Below are positions 54,662 through 62,379 of a stretch of 64,000 bases of DNA, piece by piece; position 1 is the stretch's first letter; each line of letters opens with the position of its first letter. The stretch is from the IMG/VR virus record IMGVR_UViG_3300043434_000734, positions 96,001 through 160,000 of that record. One strand, written 5' to 3'. The translations under genes and the position numbers were made by a program. Origin of the DNA: a virus. Lineage: Duplodnaviria > Caudoviricetes. Below the pieces are notes generated by a model. It had not been told where the DNA came from, searched no databases, and was given only the letters and a program-made list of their open reading frames with translations.

Positions 54662-54811
54662 TGTAGTGTGACGAAACTTGGCAGACGTGCCCTCCTGTCT
54701 CGGGGGTGTGGAACAAGAAATAGGTTAATAATATGGGGTAGACCACCAGCCGGCCGGCGAAGTGTTATTAACTGAATCTCCATTTAAGTGGTTCGAATCC
54801 CTTCACTACAG
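54662..54811 (+). tRNA. Oversized tRNA with Asp(GTC) anticodon and 79-nt variable arm (150 nt)
   Basis: tgtagtg/cactaca acceptor; ccctc-ctgtctc-ggggg; 10-bp helix in the insert. Confidence 0.65.
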
Positions 54812-54848
54812 CACTAATAAACCAATAATTATAATAAATGAAAAAGTA

Positions 54849-55310
54849 ATGAAAAAATTCAGAACTCTCCACGGAACCCCAATTCCAGATGTAATCAATT
54901 ACATTAGAGAGTATATTTCAACAAGAGAGGATGTGGAAATTCTCATAGGATCAGATTCACAATCATATTCAAACAGGAAAACTGTTTATGGTGTTGTTAT
55001 TGCCCTTTATACAAAAGGTAAGGGTGCACACGTATTATGTACACGTGAGACATTACCTATGGAATATAATGTGGCATCGAGATTACTTGGTGAAGTTTGG
55101 AAATCAATTGAGATTGCTGAATTTTTAAAAGAGAATGGTTTACCAAAACCTACTTGGATTGATATTGACTTAAATCCCGACCCAAAATACAAATCAAATA
55201 ATGTTCTTAGACAAGCAGTTGGTATGGTTGAGGGTATGGGTTATAAAGTAAGGTACAAACACGTAGGTGCGTTAATGACATATGCCGCAAATCATTTAGT
55301 TAGGTTATAA
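54849..55310 (+). CDS. RNase H-like YkuK-family protein
   Basis: ILIGSDSQ, RLLGEVWKSIEIA, IDIDLN, AANHL. Confidence 0.8.
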   Translation: MKKFRTLHGTPIPDVINYIREYISTREDVEILIGSDSQSYSNRKTVYGVVIALYTKGKGAHVLCTRETLPMEYNVASRLLGEVWKSIEIAEFLKENGLPKPTWIDIDLNPDPKYKSNNVLRQAVGMVEGMGYKVRYKHVGALMTYAANHLVRL

Positions 55311-55347
55311 TTTTGTTTTTTAAAATAATTCAATTACTTTTTATTAT

Positions 55348-55701
55348 ATGGTAAAACAACAAATTATAAATTTAACATATTCTTTAATGTTATTTTTACT
55401 CGGTTCGATAGGACATTGGTACATTATGTATTGGCAATTTAAAATGCCGAATTGGGTTAAGACCCCGTGGCCGTATTTGATATCAGTGGGTTGTACTTTT
55501 TTATGGATTACAGCATCCCATTATGGTGTTAAAGCATTCAACGGTGAAATGTGGAGTAATAGGTTTTTGTTCTTTGTAACAGGTATCATTATTGCGGCAA
55601 TGTTATATCCGTACCATTTCGGTCAACCATTTACAGTTAAAACGATGGTACAATTAATATTGGCATTTACCATAATATTAATTTCACTTTTTTGGAAATA
55701 G
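55348..55701 (+). CDS. 4-TM membrane protein
   Basis: Four hydrophobic segments. Confidence 0.75.
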   Translation: MVKQQIINLTYSLMLFLLGSIGHWYIMYWQFKMPNWVKTPWPYLISVGCTFLWITASHYGVKAFNGEMWSNRFLFFVTGIIIAAMLYPYHFGQPFTVKTMVQLILAFTIILISLFWK

Positions 55702-55752
55702 ATTTTTTTATTTGATTTTTATTTCTTATATTTTAATTATAAAGACAACAAT

Positions 55753-55980
55753 ATGAAATGTATTAAGGCAATTAAAGAAACTAAATCCTATTCATTAGGT
55801 GAAATTCGTAGAACTGATGACGTTGATGCTGACCAAAAAGTGGCTAGTGGTGTATGGACGTTTATTCCTAAATCAGAATGGAAAGTAAGTAAGAAAGGTA
55901 AAAAAGAAGAAGTGGAAATTACTCACGATATGGGTGGTTCTATTGAAGTAAAAAAAGAAAAGAAAAAAAATAAAAAATAA
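55753..55980 (+). CDS. Small basic hypothetical protein
   Basis: 75 aa. Confidence 0.7.
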   Translation: MKCIKAIKETKSYSLGEIRRTDDVDADQKVASGVWTFIPKSEWKVSKKGKKEEVEITHDMGGSIEVKKEKKKNKK

Positions 55981-55992
55981 TTTAATTAATAT

Positions 55993-56023
55993 TTTGTTTT
56001 TATAAAAAGTATTCGTACATTTG
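55993..56023 (+). promoter_or_regulatory. Bacteroidota -33/-7 promoter (TTTG-N19-TACATTTG)
   Basis: Both consensus elements at consensus spacing. Confidence 0.8.
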
Positions 56024-56063
56024 TAAAACAATAAGAGAAAAAGTTCTTTGATTTAAAAATATT

Positions 56064-56870
56064 GGCCGCCTATGGTCGATTAAAATAAACCACGAAAGTG
56101 GGATAAAGTGACGAGTCCTTGGTTGGGACAAGTTGCGGTTTCAGTAATGGAACTTGAGTAGGCAAGTGGAGTATCGTTGAACCTTAAGTACTGAGGGTAA
56201 CACTTTAGGGAAAGTGGTTTGATGACTGAGCAATCCGAGTTGTTTGGTTGAGGTGGGAACACCAATAAGAATAATCCATAGAGTTATTGTGAGAAATATG
56301 GTTATCCGACTATATGATTACGTGATTCAATATGATGGGAATCTTAAAACCGAAAGGTATGGTGAAGTACGAGTGGTGTCGTTATCATCCTTTATTAAAC
56401 TCTACCAAGGGTTTAGTTTTGAAGGGGTCCAAAAATATGGTAGCAGGGATGTTACAGAGAGTAGTTTAGTATCGAGTCGCTCAAAAGGTGGCTTGGCTAG
56501 GTGACGAACCACTACTTTCCAAATTCGGATAACTAAATTTTGTTAATTTTGGTTTAACAACTTAAAATCATACAAGAAAAAGTGTTCGTCAGTCGTTGTA
56601 GACAGGTGGCTACATAGTCGTGAGGGGTTCACGGCCACAAAGGGTCTCAAGCCCAATGTGATTTTTAAAAAAGTTCTCTAAACCCGCAAGGTTGAATCAG
56701 GGAGGCATCTTTGATGAGTAATGAGTATTAAAAGAGTATATAACGACTCAAGGATTGGTTAATCTAATTGACCGCCGCTGATTGGTACTACTCAAAAGGT
56801 AGTGGATATGGGAAGAATCAAATAATGTCCCTAAGTCAATCAAAAAATGGTGTAATCTCAGCCCTTTCTT
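56064..56870 (+). ncRNA. ~800-nt structured RNA, GOLLD-like candidate
   Basis: GC-enriched, no credible ORF, many hairpins, long-range 5'/3' pairing, next to tRNAs. Confidence 0.65.
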
Positions 56871-56943
56871 TTTTCAATTTTGTGTAAAATTGAATGGTGG
56901 AATTAAGTACGATATTAAAAAACCGTGCGGCCCTCAACAAAAT

Positions 56944-56970
56944 TAGTCAGGAGAAATTCTGACTTTTTTT
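56944..56970 (+). terminator. Intrinsic terminator
   Basis: agtcag-gagaaatt-ctgact plus T-tract. Confidence 0.85.
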
Positions 56971-56988
56971 ATGCTCTATTTATTATAT

Positions 56989-57624
56989 ATGTTTGAAGTT
57001 AAAAAAGTAAAATCCTTAGACAATCAGTGTGTTAGTAACATAACAAATTTTTTAGATTCTTATGAATGGGATTCTAATGTTTTTAGTGTTGCAAACAACG
57101 ATACTGTTTATGTGAACAATAACAGAAAATCAGATGGTATAAACACCTTACGTGATTTATCAGAAACTGAAATAAATAAATTCGGTAATTCCGAATTATT
57201 AAACTGTTTAAGTGAAACGATTGAAATCATAAAAAATAATTTTAATCCTTCAATTATATGGTTAATGACATACCCACCTCACACTCGATTAAATTTTCAC
57301 GTAGATGATTCAAAAGAAAGACATATATTAACATTTAACGAAAATAATCGTTTTTTTAATTATGAATATGTACGTAAAATAATTAAAATAAATTCTTTAA
57401 TTTATGTAAATGAAAGCTATCACGATAAAGAACAAGAATTTAATGATTTATTAAAAACTGAGAATTTAAATCTTGATTCTTTTAATGATTACTTTTCCAA
57501 ATTGGATAATACCCAAATAATCAATTTAGAAAAAAATTCAGTCTATTCGTTTGGTGATTCTTTACATAATTTCATAAATGGATCTAACAAATTAAGGATG
57601 ATTTTAGTTTTTGAAAATCTATAG
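56989..57624 (+). CDS. Probable 2OG-Fe(II) oxygenase-fold protein
   Basis: LMTYPPHTRLNFHVD...HNFINGS..RMIL; ATG 4 nt after TATTTATT. Confidence 0.55.
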   Translation: MFEVKKVKSLDNQCVSNITNFLDSYEWDSNVFSVANNDTVYVNNNRKSDGINTLRDLSETEINKFGNSELLNCLSETIEIIKNNFNPSIIWLMTYPPHTRLNFHVDDSKERHILTFNENNRFFNYEYVRKIIKINSLIYVNESYHDKEQEFNDLLKTENLNLDSFNDYFSKLDNTQIINLEKNSVYSFGDSLHNFINGSNKLRMILVFENL

Positions 57625-57665
57625 TTTTATTTTGAATATTAAATTATAATTCGTATATTAGGGGT

Positions 57666-58418
57666 ATGAGAATAATTTGCATTTCCGACACACACAGTCT
57701 TCAAGATTTAATGACTCACCCGATACCCAAAGGTGATGTGTTAATCCATTCTGGTGACATTTCAAATAAAGGTGGTGAAAAAGATGTTACCAATTTTGTA
57801 CATTGGTTTCAAAATATTGAGGGTTTTAACTCTAAGATATTCATCGCTGGTAATCACGATTTTTGTTTTGAGAGAATTAATCAACCTTACCATAAAGGTG
57901 ATTACGATTGGTTAAATAATTTAATGTCACCAGAAAATTTATCACAATCAAACGTAACGTATTTGGAGGATAATGAATTAGTTATTGAATCACCCGAGTT
58001 TTCTAAACCAATCAAGTTTTATGGTAGTCCTTGGCAACCTAATTTCTGGGATTGGGCGTTTAACTTACCAAGAATGGGTGATGAAATAAAAAGTAAATGG
58101 GATATGATTCCTGACGATACTGACGTATTGATCACACACGGACCACCAAACGAAATTAGAGATTTTGTAAGTAATTGGAGACAAGGTGATACGAACGTTG
58201 GTTGTGAATTATTAAGACACCAATTAGAGAATAGACTAAAACCATCTTTACACGTATTTGGACATATTCACGGAGCGTATGGTGCCGCGTTAATTAAAGA
58301 TACACTTTATGTTAATGCATCAATTTGTACTGAAAGATATGAACCATCAAATAAACCAATCATTGTTGACTTAGAAGAAGTCGAAGGTAAAATAATTGCA
58401 AGTTATGTCGAAGAATAA
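57666..58418 (+). CDS. Metallophosphoesterase (MPPED-like)
   Basis: ISDTH, HSGDI, IAGNHD, THGPP, HVFGHIH. Confidence 0.93.
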   Translation: MRIICISDTHSLQDLMTHPIPKGDVLIHSGDISNKGGEKDVTNFVHWFQNIEGFNSKIFIAGNHDFCFERINQPYHKGDYDWLNNLMSPENLSQSNVTYLEDNELVIESPEFSKPIKFYGSPWQPNFWDWAFNLPRMGDEIKSKWDMIPDDTDVLITHGPPNEIRDFVSNWRQGDTNVGCELLRHQLENRLKPSLHVFGHIHGAYGAALIKDTLYVNASICTERYEPSNKPIIVDLEEVEGKIIASYVEE

Positions 58419-59085
58419 TGAAGTGGTTAGTGTTGTAATATCAACACGTAAAATAGACGAGACTTATGTTAGTCACGTTAAAAAAATGTTTTCACACCCA
58501 AAGACCCAAATTCTCATTTATGAGAACGACGGAGAGAAATCATTAACCCAAATGTATAATATTGGATTAAAAGAATCGGTAAATAATATTGTGGTGTTTA
58601 TGCACGATGATCTTATTTTGGAAACGACCAATATAACTCCAAAGATTACTAAGATGTTCGAAAAACATCCCGAATATGGTATTATCGGTATTGCTGGCAC
58701 CGATAAATTAACCAGCGGGATGTGGTGGCAAAATAGGGATAATATGTTTGGTGTTGTTGGTCATCTACATCAAGGTAAACGTCACATTAATCGGTATTCT
58801 AAGGGGGTTTTTAACGACGTTCTTAAAGATGTGGTAGTTGTGGACGGTTTATTCTTTATTGTTCATAAGAATCGAATTAAGAAGGAATTTAACGAAGAGT
58901 TTGAAGGATTTCATTTCTATGATATCTCATTCTGTGTTGAAAACCATTTAGAAGGGGTTAAAGTGGGTTTAACCACTAAATTTGAAGTAACTCACAAGTC
59001 AATTGGAGAAATCAATAAGAAGTGGGAAAAGAATAAATTATTCTTTGAGGCATTATATAGTAAATCCTTACCGTTAACCACTTGA
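58405..59085 (+). CDS. Glycosyltransferase family 2-like protein
   Basis: YNIGLKES...VFMHDDL, DGLF, FHFYD. Confidence 0.8.
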   Translation: MSKNNEVVSVVISTRKIDETYVSHVKKMFSHPKTQILIYENDGEKSLTQMYNIGLKESVNNIVVFMHDDLILETTNITPKITKMFEKHPEYGIIGIAGTDKLTSGMWWQNRDNMFGVVGHLHQGKRHINRYSKGVFNDVLKDVVVVDGLFFIVHKNRIKKEFNEEFEGFHFYDISFCVENHLEGVKVGLTTKFEVTHKSIGEINKKWEKNKLFFEALYSKSLPLTT

Positions 59086-59134
59086 TAATTTACCAAATTT
59101 TGTATATATTTATATTATATAAAAAAACTAATTT

Positions 59135-59347
59135 ATGAAAAAAATTATCGAACTTATTAAGAAACTTTTGGGTAAAGGTACTATGGCGGAAAAGTCAGTA
59201 GTATTGAATGAACTTCAGGTTGAGGTAAAACAAGACATTGAATTGATTCAAGAAGTTGTTAAGGAAGTTAAAGCTAAAAAGGCTAAAGCACCGAAAACAT
59301 CGGCAGAACCAAAAGCACCAAAAGCTAAGAAAACAGTTAAGAAATAA
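59135..59347 (+). CDS. Small protein with Lys/Ala/Pro-rich tail
   Basis: KAKKAKAPKTSAEPKAPKAKK. Confidence 0.7.
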   Translation: MKKIIELIKKLLGKGTMAEKSVVLNELQVEVKQDIELIQEVVKEVKAKKAKAPKTSAEPKAPKAKKTVKK

Positions 59348-59371
59348 TTTTTTTCTTTTGGTAACATAATT

Positions 59372-59403
59372 GAGGGTTAAAATTAGTTTTTTAACCCTTT
59401 TTT
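59372..59403 (+). terminator. Intrinsic terminator
   Basis: agggttaaa...tttaaccct plus T-tract. Confidence 0.8.
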
Positions 59404-59406
59404 GTT

Positions 59407-59433
59407 TACCTTTGTTTTATAGTTCTTTAACAT
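59407..59433 (+). promoter_or_regulatory. -7 element TACCTTTG plus boxA-like AGTTCTTTAACAT before tmRNA
   Basis: Direct sequence match. Confidence 0.7.
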
Positions 59434-59435
59434 AT

Positions 59436-59836
59436 GGGGATGTCTGGTATTGATTTCAGGTATCAGGGATAAATGGCACGTAGTCAGAATTCATCTATGA
59501 CTTAAATCCACGGTGAAACATTTTAGACGGCAACGTTTACAACAATATGGAAATTGCAGGTTTACTTGCAACTTCTAAAGTAGCGGCCTAACCAAGTTAG
59601 CACTACACTCGGGTCGATGTACATATAACCTAGGAACAGAAGTACTTAAGGTGTGATACCACCTAAGAGTGTCAAAGGTCTCGTTCAGAGGGCTACCTTA
59701 AAGTGAACTCGACACAGTTATAGGGAACGATGTTAAAATAGGAACCTTTTATTTGTCTGTTGTGAACTAACAGAATAAACGTGTAGTCATTTATTGTTGA
59801 ACAGGAAAGACACGGGTTCGACTCCCGTCATCTCCA
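59436..59836 (+). ncRNA. ssrA: tmRNA; tag GNVYNNMEIAGLLATSKVAA* (59529-59591)
   Basis: ggggatg/catctcc-a acceptor with G3:U70, T-arm acggg-ttcgact-cccgt, tag ending VAA. Confidence 0.93.
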
Positions 59837-59839
59837 CAT

Positions 59840-59870
59840 AAAAAAACCCACCTAAATGGTGGGTTTTTTA
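59840..59870. terminator. Bidirectional terminator after tmRNA
   Basis: aaaaaacccacc-taaat-ggtgggtttttt. Confidence 0.88.
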
Positions 59871-61603
59871 TTTTCTATTAAACTCATTAGGTGTTCGGCT
59901 AATTCCATATGTCCCACTCTTCCAGTGTGACCGTCCATAACTCCACCATTGGTTTCATCTTTAATTAAACTATATTTCTTATAAGGTATCATATTGTCAA
60001 AACATTTCTTCTTGTGATTGACGGAACCAAAATGTTTAATATTAAATTCGTTGTGTGCGAACCTTTGTCTCTCAGGTGTTCCGTATTCAATGTTGACAAT
60101 TGCAATTTTTTTACCATTATCCGCCAATTTTTTCATCTCAACTAAATCAACGTCGGTTTTTAAATCAACAACATAATCACAATTATTGTTAATCACTTCT
60201 TTTAATTTATCATCGGTATCTCTCCAATTTGGTACCATTAAAGAATGTTTTAAATCAATACTTTCTTGTGACCATATGTTATTTGATACCACAATTTCAG
60301 GATCAACCCAAGTCCAATGGTATATTTTATTTTTGGGTAATAAATTTTTAATCACATCCATAAATTGACTTATTTCTGTCCACCAAATTGAATGAGTGTC
60401 TCTATTAATCGACAATTGTTGGGTACTCGATAAATCTACATCGTCGTTTTGTTTTGGATGTGGTGTGTTTGGTAAGATATCAACAAAGGAATTTACATTA
60501 TTCGCTAATTTAAATCTATTGATTGCTGTCCAACCAAATACCAAAATATCATTTGGTTTTATGGATTTGTAATTGTCCATAAATTTATCAAATATAGTGT
60601 AGTTAGAACATCCACCTATACCGTAGTTATGTAATTCAATGTCATATTTTTTAGAAATTATTTCACTGTAAGTTTCAGGTATGTCACCTAAAAAATCAAA
60701 ATAGTTTTTTGCCCAAACCGTACCAGCATCAAAGTGCGATTTAAATGTTTTTGTATGTGAATCACCAAACGCAAATAATCTCGGTTTTAATCTATCCTCA
60801 ATCATTTTAATTATTTTTTCACCATACATCTTATTACCAAAATAACCGGGATGTTTATCATCGGTAATACCGGGTACCTCATCTTTAATTGTTTGACCGT
60901 TGAATGTGCAGAACTGATTAACACAATTATATTCACCAAATTTTAAATTTTTTTTTGGGTCCAACAAAGAATAAAACTCATCGTATGGATTTTTCATACT
61001 CTCATCGTCAAACCAATAAAAGAATTCAATATTATTTTTTTCTAAAAAACTAAACAACCCAACAAGTTCACCTCTGTATCTATCAACATAGGCAACCGGA
61101 TTGTGATATTTTGATAAATATTCTTTAGTTTCGTCGGTAATTCTACCCTCAAAAAATTCACGTGAATACTTTATTTTATCTTTAGTGATAACTTCTTGTA
61201 TCTGTATTCCTGATAAATTACCAATATTTCTGTCATCGTCATATCTCACATTTGTAATTGCATAATCACCAATTTCATTATAATATTGGTCGACCCTATG
61301 TACTGGACTTGTAATCTCCAATAAGAATAAAGTTTTTCTTGCTTTCTCAATACCAATCTCTTCAATATGTTCATACGTTCTTCTAACTAGTCTTGGTGCT
61401 CCCGAACCCGAAAAAGCATCGTGTATTAATGAAACACCAAAATGGTTGGCGATGTATTTTGGATATGTGACATCTTTTTCATTATCCCATTCTATATTAT
61501 ATAATCTCTTATACTCATTTTTAATCATCCCTTGGTCTAAACCACCACCCGCAGTTAGTGAAGAACCATTAACATATATTCTTGTAAAGTTGTAATATTT
61601 CAT
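59852..61603 (-). CDS. Tandem SGNH-like domain protein, paralog of 33301-33966
   Basis: YVNGSSLT..DDKHP and FAFGDSHT..DGH. Confidence 0.65.
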   Translation of the reverse strand: MKYYNFTRIYVNGSSLTAGGGLDQGMIKNEYKRLYNIEWDNEKDVTYPKYIANHFGVSLIHDAFSGSGAPRLVRRTYEHIEEIGIEKARKTLFLLEITSPVHRVDQYYNEIGDYAITNVRYDDDRNIGNLSGIQIQEVITKDKIKYSREFFEGRITDETKEYLSKYHNPVAYVDRYRGELVGLFSFLEKNNIEFFYWFDDESMKNPYDEFYSLLDPKKNLKFGEYNCVNQFCTFNGQTIKDEVPGITDDKHPGYFGNKMYGEKIIKMIEDRLKPRLFAFGDSHTKTFKSHFDAGTVWAKNYFDFLGDIPETYSEIISKKYDIELHNYGIGGCSNYTIFDKFMDNYKSIKPNDILVFGWTAINRFKLANNVNSFVDILPNTPHPKQNDDVDLSSTQQLSINRDTHSIWWTEISQFMDVIKNLLPKNKIYHWTWVDPEIVVSNNIWSQESIDLKHSLMVPNWRDTDDKLKEVINNNCDYVVDLKTDVDLVEMKKLADNGKKIAIVNIEYGTPERQRFAHNEFNIKHFGSVNHKKKCFDNMIPYKKYSLIKDETNGGVMDGHTGRVGHMELAEHLMSLIENKKPTI

Positions 61604-61643
61604 AATAGAAATATAAATAAATAAAATTAAAAAGGGAATGTAT

Positions 61644-61739
61644 TTAAACGAACAAAGAGGTCTTTAGGACCCCCTTGTCGAGATTAAGAACACCTCCTTT
61701 TCGTTTATATAAGTTATCGTTTAATGGCGACCAAACCAA
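61644..61739 (-). CDS. Possible 31-aa TTG-start leader peptide containing an extended SD
   Basis: (M)VWSPLNDNLYKRKGGVLNLDKGVLKTSLFV*; TATTTATA motif at 61751-61758. Confidence 0.35.
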   Translation of the reverse strand: MVWSPLNDNLYKRKGGVLNLDKGVLKTSLFV

Positions 61740-61762
61740 TTAAACTCTCTTATAAATATCGT

Positions 61763-62371
61763 TTATTTTTTAATTAATCGTTCTTTTAATATATTTTTTA
61801 CAGTTTCTTTTACTATAGATTCTTGTAATTTAACGTAACCTTGTTCTTTACCCAATTTTAAAACTTCATTGTAAATATCCTCAGTTATTTTAGTGTCATT
61901 CGGAGCCAAATACCTTATGTTTCTTAATTTACTTAATAATTCTGGTCCATAAATTTTACCATATTCGTCACCAAACAAAATAGTGTTCATTAAACCTATT
62001 TTGTTGTTTTTACAACCATAATCCCAATCATAGACTTTTTCATCACAATCTTTATAATTAAACGGTTTTGTTGGATTTTGTGCGGCTGGGTATCTTACTT
62101 TATAGTCAATAGTTGTTACAGATTTTTGTGGTTCGGTACTATTCGCTGATTGTTGAGTTGTTGACGATAATGTATCAGTTGTTAGATTCTTTTCATATGT
62201 TACATAATCACCCAAATCGATTTTATTATGAAACATATTCCAAAATTTCTTTCTACCCTCCGGACTTTGCATATTTGTTTTGAAATAATCATATGTAAAC
62301 TGTTTTCTTTGGTCAGAAAATTTTTCACCTAACTTATCCCATATTTTTTTTAATTCTAATTCGTTTACCAT
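61763..62371 (-). CDS. Hypothetical, probable virion protein
   Basis: C-terminal LQESIVKETVKNILKE motif. Confidence 0.7.
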   Translation of the reverse strand: MVNELELKKIWDKLGEKFSDQRKQFTYDYFKTNMQSPEGRKKFWNMFHNKIDLGDYVTYEKNLTTDTLSSTTQQSANSTEPQKSVTTIDYKVRYPAAQNPTKPFNYKDCDEKVYDWDYGCKNNKIGLMNTILFGDEYGKIYGPELLSKLRNIRYLAPNDTKITEDIYNEVLKLGKEQGYVKLQESIVKETVKNILKERLIKK

Positions 62372-62379
62372 AATTTCAT

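Noticed and set aside
49495-56504. ORF-track entries over the RNA island (e.g. 49673-50053, 50875-51150, 52358-52738, 53779-54207, 56244-56504)
   Set aside because: They overlap tRNAs or structured RNA; GC-rich stems suppress stop codons
786-56988. Longer upstream starts in the ORF track (786, 14114, 14781, 15574, 21495, 34054, 46458, 54762, 56971)
   Set aside because: They overlap upstream genes, tRNAs or promoter motifs; downstream ATGs with A-rich context were used instead
61688-61700. rRNA gene fragment
   Set aside because: Only 13 nt match; no flanking helix 44/45 sequence, so it is reported as a regulatory motif
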